A program made the translations under genes and the position numbers. The notes under the pieces are model-generated. The model searched no databases, was not told the DNA's origin, and saw only the letters and a list, made by a program, of their open reading frames with translations. A DNA stretch of 64,000 bases, from assembly GCA_964270895.1 (NCBI GenBank), contig OZ185442.1. One strand, 5' to 3'. This stretch comes from Podarcis filfolensis (lineage: Eukaryota). Below, one piece after another: positions 51,726 to 63,670 of the stretch; positions within the stretch are counted from its first letter, which is position 1; every line of letters begins with the position of its first letter.

Positions 51726-51981
51726 TACAGTCATACTTCGGGTTACAGATGCTTCAGGTTGTGTTTTTTTGGGTTACGGACCGCCGAAACCCGGAAGTAC
51801 CGGAATGGGTTACTTCCGGGTTTCAGCAGTCACACATGCGCAGAAGCACTAAATTGCGCTTTGCGCATGTGCAGAAGTGCCGAATCACAACCATCACGTG
51901 CGCCGCTGCAGGTTGCGAATGCTGTGGGTTGCGAACATGCATCCTGCATGGATCACGTTCGCAACCCAAGCGTCCCCTGTA
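51726..51981. mobile_element. Tigger/pogo-type MITE
   Basis: TA-flanked termini tacagtcatacttcgggtt... / ...cgcaacccaagcgtcccctgta, with a CpG-rich palindromic interior. Confidence 0.75.
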
Positions 51982-52044
51982 CAAGGATATCTTCTAAAGG
52001 TTGTATAGTTACTTATCTCCTTGGCTCGGGGGGTTGCATAACTC

Positions 52045-52181
52045 CATACCCTCCCGGATTTCTCTGATGAAAACAGGGATGTCCTAAGGAAAAGCAGAAC
52101 ATTCCAGGATCAAATCAGAAACTGGGACAGCTTTGGTAAATCTGGGACTGTCCCTGGAAAATAAGGACATTTGGAGTGTCT
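52045..52181. mobile_element. short MITE (CATACCCTCC...GGAGTGTCT termini)
   Basis: Inverted termini and repeated gggac/gtccc motifs. Confidence 0.55.
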
Positions 52182-52254
52182 CGATTCTGTGTTCACAAGA
52201 ACAAAGACAAATTCATGGAAAATAAGGGCATCAATAGTATAAATAGCTTGTGGT

Positions 52255-52430
52255 CATGATGGCTATATTCTGCCTCCACTGTTGAAGGCAGCATGTCTAT
52301 GAATACCAAGTGCTGGGAATCTCAAATGGGGAGAGCTGCTTGTAGGACACTGTGAGAACAGGAAGTTGGACTAGATGCAACTGATTTCTTCGGCCAGATG
52401 CAACTGGTTTCTTCTTATGTTCTTAGGACG
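52255..52430 (+). mobile_element. CR1 3' UTR fragment
   Basis: Similar by eye to the 3' end of 6715-8135 (ctgaataccagttgctggga..actgtgagaacagg..ttcttatgttctta). Confidence 0.6.
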
Positions 52431-53268
52431 TTGTCACACCTATCTGTCCCTGAGAGCAGCATTTTTCAGGGCACACCTGCACAGGGATGCCTATGTGTGT
52501 GCTGCTATATGTATGCAGGCACTTCATGGAATTAGGAGCCCTGATTGCACACAGTTAGGAATGCAGAAAGCTGCCTTTCATTGTGTCAGGCCATTGATCC
52601 ATCTAGTTCAGCCTTGTCTACACTGACTGGCAGCAGCCACGATGTCTTGTTAGTTGCTGAGTCCTGACAATGCAATTAGTCTGTATAGTAGAAAATTCAA
52701 GGGAGAATGGTAAGAAAAATGCATGACAGGCAGAGTTGTTGTCAACAAACCAAGGCAAGAGAGGCCTCTAAAATTGCAAAAGAATTGGGAGATGTGTCTG
52801 TATTTCAAATTATGCCTCCTGCCTCCTAGCCCAATTGGGCAAGTGCTGAAATGCAGTCTTTTGCTTATGTTTCTCTCTGTCTGCATCATTTTACAAGAGG
52901 GTTCCCTGTTGTGGGAGTATAATGAAGTTAATAATAACCTTCCCAACACCAGCAGATGAGATATCAGGTTATACATACACATATACACCATTGTCTGTCA
53001 CTGTGGAACAGGAGACTCTAAAATAAAAGATTCTTCTTCTCCAGCACTGGGGGAAAAAAGATATGATTCTATAAAACAGGGATGAGGCATCTCTGGCTTG
53101 CGAGCCAAATGTGGCCCTCTAAGCACCTCCATCTGGCCCTTGGGACTCTTCCCCAGCAAATGTCCCTCACTGGTCCTGCTGTGTGTGTTTCTGCTTCCTT
53201 GGAATGTATCATACCTCTTGCTTCCCTAGATGAGGATAGAGAGGGGTTGCCTACTGTACAAAGGCACC

Positions 53269-53269
<1 letters not shown>

Positions 53270-53315
<46 letters not shown>

Positions 53316-53516
53316 CCTTTTTTCCTCCAAGGACCTCAAGGTGGCATGCATGGTGGTCCCTCTCCTCATTAATCCCCACAACAACCTTGTGAGTAGATTA
53401 GGCTGAGAGACAGTGACTGGTCCAAGGTCACCCAATGAGCTTCATGGCTGAGTGGGGCTTTGAACCCGGGTCTTCCAGGTCCTAGTCCAACACTCTAACC
53501 ACTGCACCACACAGCC
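53270..53516 (-). mobile_element. tRNA-derived SINE (older Squam3-like) with (TAA)n tail
   Basis: Minus-strand head gctgtgtggtgcagtggttagagtgttggactaggacctggaagacccgggttcaaa. (TTA)n at 53270-53312. Confidence 0.75.
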
Positions 53517-53734
53517 TCTTTGCATTTATTGCTGTGCCCGACCCTGGCATGCAGCCCTTGTAAGATGTGGCCCTTGGCTAAAAAAAAGGTTTCCCAATCC
53601 CTTTTTCTTTTTGATTTTTTTAATAAAAAGAATAATAGTTCTGATGCCACGCCACAGAATAAGGATGGTTTATTATTTATTAACTTAATTGCTATACTGC
53701 CCTTCATATGATTAAAACAAAAACAACAAACATC

Positions 53735-54020
53735 GGCAATTCATTCATTGTGCATTTCTCCTACTATTTTTAAAATGTAATTTTGCCTAATATACATACT
53801 TTTGTAAGCAATTTTACCTAATATAATGCATGTTAGTATTTCATTTTCACTAATAGATCCAATTTTATTAACACTTTCCACAGTTTTATATGCACACTTT
53901 TTTGCACATTATTGGTATGGAGAACAGCATTGCAAAATTCAGAGAAGTGGGAATTTTGAAGAACAGCTTGGTTCAGTTTCTGTTTTTGTTTCAGGAAGTG
54001 TGCACTACATAGGTTTGCAT
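53735..54020 (-). mobile_element. MITE family A copy, partial
   Basis: aattttgcctaatatac..caattttacctaatataatgca..ggagaacagcattgcaaaattcagagaagtg, similar to 11631-12074. Confidence 0.65.
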
Positions 54021-54096
54021 TCACTGTCTGCCGCTAGCACTGGGTTCCTATTTGGACCCCGCATCTAGCCGTGATAATCTCTGTGTAATACAGAAC

Positions 54097-54343
54097 AAGA
54101 AGAGAAGAGTTTGGATTTGATATCCCGCTTTATCACTACCCAAAAGAGTCTCAAAGTGGCTAACATTCTCCTTTCCCTTCCTCCCCCACAACAAATACTC
54201 TGTGAGGTGAGTGGGGCTGAGAGACTTCAAAGAAGTGTGACTAGCCCAAGATCACCCAGCAGCTGCATGTGGAGGAGCGGGGACGCGAACCCGGTTCCCC
54301 AGATTACGAGACTACTGCTCTTAACCACTACACTACACTGGCT
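54097..54343 (-). mobile_element. Squam3-like SINE with (CTT)n tail, full length
   Basis: Head agccagtgtagtgtagtggttaagagcagtag.. with a B-box-like gggttcgcgtccc. 6-bp TSD CAGAAC at 54091-54096 and 54344-54349. Confidence 0.9.
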
Positions 54344-54443
54344 CAGAACTGGGAGCAGACTTGCTACCAAAGTTTGCCTAGAGCAACAAATGTTTAGGGG
54401 GATGTAAAAGTTTTTGCAATAGGGGAAACACCTGTGGATTTTC

Positions 54444-54446
<3 letters not shown>

Positions 54447-54480
<34 letters not shown>
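54447..54480. repeat. (GA)n microsatellite
   Basis: Directly visible. Confidence 0.95.
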
Positions 54481-54483
<3 letters not shown>

Positions 54484-55128
54484 CGCTTGAAATATTCTGC
54501 CTTTCTCATTGTTATACTACTACCTTCCCCCATGATCTCATTTAGTCAAGGTGCATGACAGACAGACCTTGGAGCTCCCTCCTTGGGACCCAACAATCAG
54601 TGGGAACATGTGAGTAGATCAGCCAGCTGGGGCGGGGGGTAGAATTTAAGTTAGGTGCTCACAGTTAGCAGTCAGATAGGGACAAGGACTGTCTGAGAGA
54701 GTGGAAACATGGATTGTCTGTGGATTAGGTAGGTAAAATAGGGATTTTCTGTCTGGGTGGGCAGAAGGGGTATTTGATTATCTGAACATACTTGGGTAGG
54801 ATTTATGTGTTAGAAGGAACAGTTCATTTAGTGGCTCTCAGTTAGAGTTAGGAAGAATCTATGCCCAGACAAGGGTTTAACCACCTGAGGGAAAGGCTAC
54901 TAGCACTGTAGAAAGGGCTGAGAGGTTTTTAGGGATAATATAAGCCAATAGCCATCCTAGAAAGAATTTCACTGCTCAGTGACAGATTGAAAGTGTTAAG
55001 ACAGTTATTAAACATCTCTGTTAAAAGTGAATATTTAAAATAAAATATTGTGCCTTGCAAAAGTAACCAATAAGCTACGTCTATGAGTGTAAACAAAGTT
55101 CCTGGTTTTTTAAAAAGTGCCTCATCCT

Positions 55129-55360
55129 TACAGTGATAGCTCGGGTTACAGATGCTTCAGGTTACAGACGCTTCAGGTTACAGACTCCGCTAATCCAGAA
55201 ATAGTACCTCGGGTTAAGTACTTTGCTTCAGGATGAGAACAGAAATCGCGCGGCAGCAGGAGGCCCCATTAGCTAAAGTGGTGCCTCAGGTTAAGAACAG
55301 TTTCAGGTTAAGAATGGACCTCCAGAATGAATTAAATTCTTAACCCAAGGTACCACTGTA
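55129..55360. mobile_element. Tigger/pogo-type MITE
   Basis: TA-flanked TIRs tacagtgatagctcgggtta / taacccaaggtaccactgta, with internal repeated cttcaggtta units. Confidence 0.8.
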
Positions 55361-56924
55361 CTTGGTTCTGCTGGGTGAGGGTTGAGTGCTTGCAGAATCC
55401 CCTTCAACCTATTTGTTATCTTGTGAGTTATCTGCATGATATTTGAGAGAGGAGGGTGGGGGAAAAGTAGCTGCCCACAAGGCTTGCCTAATATTTTTTT
55501 ACTCTTTTAGAAATTTAACATGTGGAGCAAAGCTCTTCCCCTCATCAGAATATGCCTCTCTTTATTTAGTTTTAGTTTTGCCCTGGGCTGTACAGTACTG
55601 CCTGTGTGTGAAAGGCTGTGTATTTCAGCTCTGGGTAGTAAAGCACAGACAGATTTACAAATTGGTGTGTGTTGGGGGGGACGGACTTCAAGAGGGGCCA
55701 CCTAGTTAGGCTGCAATAGATTGGAATAGATTTTTTTGAAGTCATTTCAGCACCAGGTGAAAAAAGAAATCACCCCAATGCCCCCACCCCCAGCAGTCCT
55801 TCCTGTATTTTGCTAGAACAAAGGTGGCAACCCTACTTATTAGCTCCTATCAGCTCTTGTGGATTCCTGATTTCCATGATAATGGCCTTGTTAACAACAG
55901 CAGCTTCACTTGCACAAGCAAAGTTGCCTTTGGTAAGCAATGTGCCCTTTTGCTCTGCTCTTTCATCCCCCTGGTGTCTTCCCTTTTTCTGTATGAGGTG
56001 GATGGAAGGAAATAGCTACGTAGCCAAAAGCTATAATCATTTTTCTGCAGACATTCCCCCCATTTTTATTGTTGCACCTTTTTGATATATCTGGTCGCTT
56101 TCTCGGAGCCACCGGTTGAATTATAATATCTTTTAGTACAGTCCATCAATCAGATTTCATCATGGGCAGACCCTATTACTGATAATGCGTCTTTTTCCTT
56201 CAGTGAACACCATAAAATCAAAAAGAGAGAGACAAGAATTGCTTCTGAAGGGATAGGAGAAGGGGGTGGTAATCAAATCGCTGTGTCCAAAACTTGACAG
56301 GAGCAACAGAGTCTTTTTTTTGCCATCTGAAGAAGCTGTCTAGATATTTGGTTTGTGTGTGTGTATGTGTTTTTTTTAAAAAAGCAACCTCATACTACCC
56401 TGTTCTTCAAAGGATGGATGATAAAGTTATTTCATCTCCTTGGGTTGCTTTCATAAATATCAGGATCTTTCTGGTTTTGGCAGCTGTTGGAAACAAATGT
56501 AAAAATAGGATGTTTTGTATCATTATCATGTACTCTGTGAACAACATGTCAGCTTTCTCCCTGCTATGCCAAAGAGGTAGCTCAAGGTAACTTATTGAAA
56601 AGAAATGAATTAAATTGTCCGGTTGTGTAGTACAAGGCCTGGTAAAGCAATCGATAATTTTTTGGATTGCATGGCTTTGGATTGCATGATAAACTGGCTG
56701 AAGCCGGCAGTCAAAGGAATACAGTGAGCTGTCGCTAGCGTTTTTAAAAATCCAACCTGCTTATTAATATGCAACTGATTTCCAAGGTTCACTGGGAAGG
56801 AGGGGTGCAGGAACACAGTTGCTCAATCTTCCCTGACATGTTAAAAAGGGGGGCTAGTGAGTGGCAGTGGACCCTCCTTGCTGAAGAGGACAAGCAACTG
56901 GTCTCTCCTCAGTTCTTGCCCCTG

Positions 56925-57250
56925 ATATAAAAACCCTGCTGAATTAGACCAAAGGACCACCTACCCTAGCATCCTGTTCTCACTGTGGTCAACCAGAAGC
57001 CTACAAGGAGCTCTCAGGCAGGTCTTGAGTGGAACAGTGCTCCTTCCCACATGTGGCTCCTAGTATTCACAGCCATACTGCCTCCAACAGCGAAGGTAGA
57101 ATGTAGCCGTCCATGGTTTTGTCTAACTCTCTTTTAAAGCCATCCAAGTTGGTGGCCATCACTACATATTTGGGGAGTGAACTGCATAGTTTTAAGTATG
57201 CACTGGGTGCAGAAGTATTTGCATCTCCCAATATCCAGCTTCATTAAATT
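56925..57250 (-). mobile_element. CR1 3' fragment
   Basis: Reverse similarity to the CR1 3' end (tttaaagccatccaagttggtggccatcactaca; cctgttctcactgtgg; ctgaattagaccaaagg). Confidence 0.7.
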
Positions 57251-57289
57251 CTAATATGTGCTTTTGCCACTCTATCCACTTTCTCCACA

Positions 57290-57753
57290 CCAAGCATGGT
57301 GCACCTATACCCCCCCCCAACACGGTCCAGTTCACAGGCGATTGAAGTCCCAGCAGGGAACGTCAGGACCAGGGGCAAGATGGCGGGGTGGGAGCAGGAA
57401 CGGGGGTCCAGAAGCCAGGATTCAAGAAGCCAAGGGTTCGAGGGTCAGGAAGCAAGGAGTCACGAAGTCAGGGGTCCAAGGAACAAGAAGCAGGGAGTCA
57501 AGAAGCCGAGGTTCAAGGATCAGGAAGCAAGAAGCCAAACGCAGTAAGGCAGGAAATGTGTTGCTGTGGCAAAGAGCTGAAGGGAAATGCTGACCTTATA
57601 ACCCTTCCCAGCTCTTGCCACCAGGTGCTGTGAGTTACCAATCGGCCTCACCTGTGAGGCCGCGCCTTGCCTCTTCAGAACAAACTTAGGAAGGCCCCAG
57701 TCCTGCAAAGTCCTATTGGTCACAGGGCCTGGCTCCTGCACACACACCTGACA
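57290..57753 (-). mobile_element. solo-LTR-like element (Gypsy-type) with internal 6-7-mer repeats
   Basis: Ends cctgaca (TGTCAGG on the minus strand), has a tandem aagcca/aggtca/aggatc-type array at 57400-57540, and a TATAA-like motif at 57597. Other boundary uncertain. Confidence 0.5.
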
Positions 57754-60409
57754 CCATATATATGATCATCTGTTTTCTCCATAAAATTGTGGCATGCATT
57801 TCTGTGCTACCCAGCCTCCTGCTTTATATAATCCTCTCCTCAGACTTTATATCTATTTTCTCCTCAGTGCCACTTCTGAAGTTCTCTCAAAGCAGTTATG
57901 AAACAGAACAAGAGTAGCCAATAAGGTGCTTTTTCAGATATCAGTTCCCATCAGCCTCAGACAGCATAGTCAATGGTCAGGGATTATGGGAGTTGTAATC
58001 CAGCAAGACTGGGAGGGTACCACCATGTTGGCTACCCCTGAAGTAGAAATAGGAAGAATGGGTGTGGCCACTGAGGGCTCACCTACACTTACCTTTTACC
58101 CTCTGCTTTCCAGGCACAGGTCTGTGCTTTAAAGCATCCTGCAGCATTTTAAAGACTAACTATAAGGCAGAGTCCACTTCATTAAATGCCTGCAGAGTTA
58201 TCACCTGTTGGCAAATAGACAGATGCACACACATACATTATTACATGGGCACAGAGAAAAGTGCCTTATAAATACTGGTGCCTGCAAACCATGAATTGTG
58301 GCCTGTGTTATTTCTTTGCAGATCTCAATTATATCCAAGGTAAGAGCAGAGTGACCCATTCATAAAAGCAATCACAGGAGATTTGGGTTGGTGTGCTGGT
58401 CAGGTCACTGACTATTCTTTGAATAACAAATATTCCAAGAATACCATTGTGTTGCTGGCAGCTTACGTTTTCAAAAATAAAAAATAAAAATCCAGTGTGG
58501 TGTCATTTGTTAAGGAGGGCAGCTTGCCCCCTAGCCCAGGTCAGAAACAAATTTAGCCCTATGGCATGGCAAGCTTCTCTTGCTAGCTGCCTACCATTTC
58601 CAGAGCTACAATTCTCAGAGTGGTTTAACAATCAATCCCTCTTCTCAGGGATCTCTGGGAATTGTGGTTCTGGGAGGTGAGCAGGGGTCTCTTAAGAACT
58701 CTCGGCATCCTTAATAAACTACAATTCCCAGAATTCTTTGGGAAAAGGTGTGACTGCTTAAACTGGTAGCAGAGTGCTTAAAATGTATGGTGTGAATGTG
58801 GTCATAGTATAAGGCAGCTTCCTGTGTTCCTAGTACTCACGTGGTTTACCTGAATCTGTGAAGCAGAGCTACATTTCTGCACATCTTCAGTTTCGTGTGC
58901 CAATATTGAAATATATCTGCCAAATATATAGTTGATCAGCCTGGATAGCTCAGATGGTTAAGGTAGTATAATAGTGGTAAGAGATTTACAGTTTGAATAA
59001 TACAAAAATAAAATAAAATAGGCAGTGCTTCCTAGATTAGAAATAAAGAAGTGGATCAAAAGGTCAAACTTTGGAAGTCATAGCTAGGTTCATGGAGACG
59101 GCAGCAGCCAAAGGCTGCACTCCTGCTTGATACTGCCAAATGCACTTGGCAGGTATGAATCTGGAACTGATGGGCAATATGAGAAAGGCCCTTTTATTTC
59201 AAATGCTGACCTTTGTGCATTACACCACCTCCAATGGCAGCTCATAAAATCCCCTCGTCCAACATTACCTTTTATAGTCTTCATTCTGATAGAACGTATA
59301 GAGCCCGGTTATGGCCCAGGAAGCTTTCTGAATTGGAATGTTTAGTGAAGTCCAGTGCAGCAGAACTTAATATCCAACAAGAGACAAATATTTACAGACA
59401 CAAGCACACAAAACCCACCTACTGCAGCGTTGAGCACACACAATGACTACAGAACACTGTAAAGTTATACAGGGCATTTAGAGACTTTCTCGGCCACATT
59501 GAACAAATAAATATATTTGATTTCAAAGACAAAATGATAAGGCATGCTGCTTTTCACCACAGGCATTGGGGAGCTTGGGATTGTTCATTCTCAAGTTATT
59601 TTTCCCAGGTAGGGGGAAAATATTTTTAAAAACCAAACAATAACTTATGAAATCTTTGAACTTCTTGTGAAAAATAAAAAATGGGATAGTCTAAGGATAG
59701 GCAGAATTGCTAAGCTCAGTTTATAAATGTTTAGCAGAACAAAAGAGATCCAGTTTTGCTAAAACCAGCTGAAGTGGACTTCTAAATTGAGAGTGAATGT
59801 TGCAGTCCATTTGGCGCTTGTAGCTTGTGGAGCTACCCAGGCTACTGTGGAGTCAGTGGTGAAAGTCAACCTGCACCATGGCCCAGGTCATGAGTGGAGA
59901 GGCATGCCATGCCTAGGGGTCATTCCCAGGCTATGCTATTACTGGAACTGACCTGTAATCTATAAGAAATATGTTTTGAGTTTGGGCCTGAAACTGGTCA
60001 GTTTTAAGCAGAAGCTGAGAACTTGTCACCTAATCAGTGCTGATCTTTGGGTGATCTTGGAACTGTATGGAAGTGTTTGGCTCGCACATAAGCATAATGG
60101 AAGCTTAAATCTAAGTTTCCCACACCCACAGGGCCTTTGAAGCTTAGGACAGCAGAGTTCTTGAGCTTTTTCACTCCTCTCCAAAGCTCTGTGAAGGTAA
60201 TAAATCAAAGGAACCAGGGAATGCAAGTGAAGTTGCTGAGGTTATCTGCTGAGAGAGAAATTGACCTGAGTGTGCATCCTCTGATTTATGAAGAGGAGGC
60301 CTACAGTAAGGCATGCAGCTCCTCAATAACGCTCACGGGTGTGGGATTGACAAATGCCTTAACAGAAGGGGAAGAGCAGGACGAGCAAGAAGAGGTTGAA
60401 GGGCTGATT

Positions 60410-60965
60410 GGGCCACTGCCCTCTAATGGTTAGAGGAAGAAATACTGTAAAAGCAGTTTCAACCCAGGTGGATGAAATCACTAAAACTGCTAATGAGGCA
60501 ATGTCACTGGCTTCAGACAATCAAACTGAATTGGAGCTATTTGAGCTGAAGCTAGAGGAGCACTCCAAACAGGAGCACGGAAGGAATTTTAGAGTGAGTG
60601 AGGTCCAAGGGAAAGAGGGAGGAAGGGGACAGTTATGCCACTTTCCTGGTGGGCTGGTTTAAAAGCCTGAATCTTGATCGTCCCTTTTTCCTTGATGATT
60701 TTGAGAGGGCCCATAGGGCGTTGGGTCCATGGGCCCATAGTGATGGCTTCCCTTACAAAATAATTATTCAGTAAGGAGGACTCTGTTTTTAGGGCACCCT
60801 GCAACTTCAGGGAACTAAACTATAAGCAGCCATTAAGAGAGATTTTCCTGGATAGCTGCCTTGAAATTCTGAAGAGGAGGTGAGCGTTCATGCCCTCCAC
60901 AACAGCGCTGGAAAAAAGCTAGAATCCCTTATCACTGGCGGTTCCCTTTCAAGCTCATTGTGCCA
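60410..60965 (+). mobile_element. L1-clade ORF1 remnant (coiled-coil, RRM, CTD), decayed
   Basis: Conceptual translation across stops and frameshifts gives VDEITKTANEAMSLA...RNFRVSEVQ, DFERAHRALGP, and EIFLDSCLEILKRR*AFMP...RIPYHWRFPFKLI. These match L1/Tx1 ORF1p motifs. Confidence 0.72.
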
Positions 60966-63203
60966 TGAGCAGGCAAGTTTCTAACAGTTAGTGATGAGAG
61001 GCAAGCTGAGCAAGTGTTAGGTGATCTAAAAATCACTTACTCTGACACAGGCCCTCCCTCAGAGTCAGACCACCTCCAGGAAAGCAGAGGCAGAATGGAA
61101 TATGAAGAAAGCATGTCAGGAGAAAAGAGAGGGCTATACCTAAACCACTGTGTTGTTTGCAATTTGAGTCACAAGCCTCTGCAAGCTGAAGCCAAGAACT
61201 GTTGCATTCTTTGCTTGTGCCTCATGGAGGAAGAGGGCCTGGGGTATTGCCTCTGCTGCCCCTCCAAAAAACAACAACAACAACCCAGGTGCTTTGAGAA
61301 GGTTTCTCCAGTTTGCCCTATTCCCAAAGTGTGGAGGGAGGTTGCACCCTGGTACTTTTTAGATTCTGTGTTTCCTTTCTAGTTCCAGTGGGGTCTAGTT
61401 GCTTTTGCAGAGTGCAAGTAATATTTTACTTGACTGGGCTGGGACTGGACATTGTATCATATGCTACAGTATCCAGACCTCTGACTTTGTATGCTGAGCC
61501 GGGCCTTGAAGATACTTCCCCTCAGCATGAAGGGACTAGGTCCAGCAATTTAGAGTGCATGAGTGGGAGCCGTGTTGAAAAAGGAACCCTCAGACATCCT
61601 TTTATGAAGGGAGACACATAAGTAAAAGCATGCTAAATACTGGTTGCAACCAGGACATCAGCTAGGGCAGTGGTTTTCTGTGGGATGTGAAACACAACAA
61701 GAGCAGTCAAGTACAACATTCCTAGAGTGAACATGTTTACACATGGGGAGGAATGTTTGTCCAGCCAACAGGTAAACTTCCTGTTTCCTTCTGGTCTGGG
61801 ACAGACTTCCTCTGCATGTGACTAGAGGTGGGCGTGGCCTTACCTGTGCAGGTAATGACAAAAGCACAGGGCAGGAAAGCTACCTCTCTCTCTATGACAA
61901 CTTTTGTAGAAGAAGCAACATCTGCTTCACCAAAGATGCTTTCTTGGCCTCCAGCCAAGAGAGGACAAAGGGACTGTCTCTTTATGGGATAGTTTCCAGG
62001 TGTACGTTACTTTTCTAAGCTAAGTCTGCCTTCTGGGATCCAATTGTGAACAGAATGTGAGTGAGTAAACTCTTTTTATACATTTATAGAAGACTGTGTC
62101 ATGTCTTATCTTTTATGAGGGAATAAGGGGGAAATACCAGAACAGTTATTATAGAGGCTTTAGCGAGCCTGAGCAAATGCATCCGCTGTGAGTTTAAAAA
62201 GGGGAATGTTACTCTGCTAAATTGTGAACATGTTTACACAAGTTGGAAAGGCTATAATCAAACAATATATCATCTCCTGCATCCCCCTGAACATTCCCAC
62301 ATTTTCAACCAGTATGCCAGGGCACCCTGGGGTGCCTTGAATGATGGTCAGGGGCGCCACGGGCAACACTGGCCTCTGTCCCTCTTTTCTTCCCTCCCTC
62401 CATTGATGCCCTCTTGCATCTCTGCCTGCCAAAGGCTTTCACAGCTGTTTGTTGCAGCAGCCCTGGCTACAAGCTCCCCAGGCAAATGGTGCCTCTGGGG
62501 CTGGCCAAGGGGTGCTGGTTGCCAGGAGCTGAGGCAGCCTCAGAGTAAGCAAGCAAGCAGGCGAGAGAACTAATGCACCCAGCCCTTGCTGTTGGGAACG
62601 GACAGACAAGTCCCAGGCCCCTGTGGACAATGTGAGGAGGCACCTCTCTTTGAGGCAGAGGGGGCAGCTCAGAGACCAGGGGCAGCAACAGCGGTGTCTC
62701 AAAGAACTCCCAAGGAGAGGGGAGAGGAGAGGAGGCTGAGGGAATACTTCACAAGGGAGGGTATTTGAAAAAGGGTGAGAGGCTGCCAGCTCTGCAGGCA
62801 AGGAGTGACATAGCTGGGCTCCTGAGAACAGTTAGGGCTAGAGGCACCAGATTGAGGGAGATTACGGGGTAGGGGGACGTCGAGACATCGCTCACATAGC
62901 ATTGTGATCTCCTAAACCAGGCAGAAGCTTCCCAGGCTTTAGAAAGGGGGCACTAGGTTTTATACTTCAATACTCTAATTTACTAGGAACATTTAGAGGA
63001 CTAGCTTAGTCCCCCTTGTTCACTGCCCACATGCCACCGCCCCACAGGGGTGCCGCAGAAAGAATGTAGTTGGTCAAGGGAGCTGTGGACTCTAAAATAT
63101 TGAAAACCTCTGGGCTAGGGGAACAATATTCTGCTGCTGCAAATTCTAAGTCACAAGGTGTTGCCATCTTAATAGGGCCCCCTGGTGGTGAAACAAATGC
63201 AGA

Positions 63204-63670
63204 TTGTTGTTGGCATTCATCTATTTTGGGAGACAGTGGGGAGTGCTCCTTTTGGGGTGAAGTCAAACTCTCGGAAGGTTACAGTGCTTGCTGTGGCTGA
63301 AGAGACTGGTACTGGAGAGACATGTTTGGTTGTAGCTAGAGCAGATGGGTGTGCCCCATTGTACTACTGCAGATGCACCATGACATTTCTTCTCCCTGCA
63401 GTTATTCTTCCTCAGGTCACTGCTGTGGATACACAACCTGTCTGTCTGTCTCCAGGCACAGCAGTTGTCTGCAATGGTTTTCCATAGAGCGGGGTCAATG
63501 TTGCCAGCCTTCATGTCATGCTTGCAGACATCTTTGTAATACAGAGTTGGTCTGCCAATGGGCCTGGTGGCTGAAGCCAGCTCCCCATAGAGCACATCCT
63601 TGGGGATCCTGCCATCTTCTATTCAGTGAACATAACTAAGCCAATGTAGACGTCACTGAGACAGGAGTGT
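63204..63670 (-). mobile_element. RTE-clade LINE 3' end, decayed
   Basis: ORF 63263-63595 reads (DGRIPKDV)LYGELASATRPIGRPTLYYKDVCKHDMKAGNIDP...AWRQ..C..CLS...SH..C (RTE C-terminus), followed by a ..tgtctccc..atgccaacaac tail. Confidence 0.85.

Noticed and set aside
57258-57633. Three overlapping ORFs rich in G/S/R/Q/E/K
   Set aside because: They are translations of a short-unit tandem array inside an LTR-like repeat.
62335-62900. GC-rich block suggesting a CpG island or promoter
   Set aside because: It is CpG-poor for its GC content and has gggcgcc/ggcaccc motifs typical of degraded GC-rich non-autonomous transposons, like 170-559.
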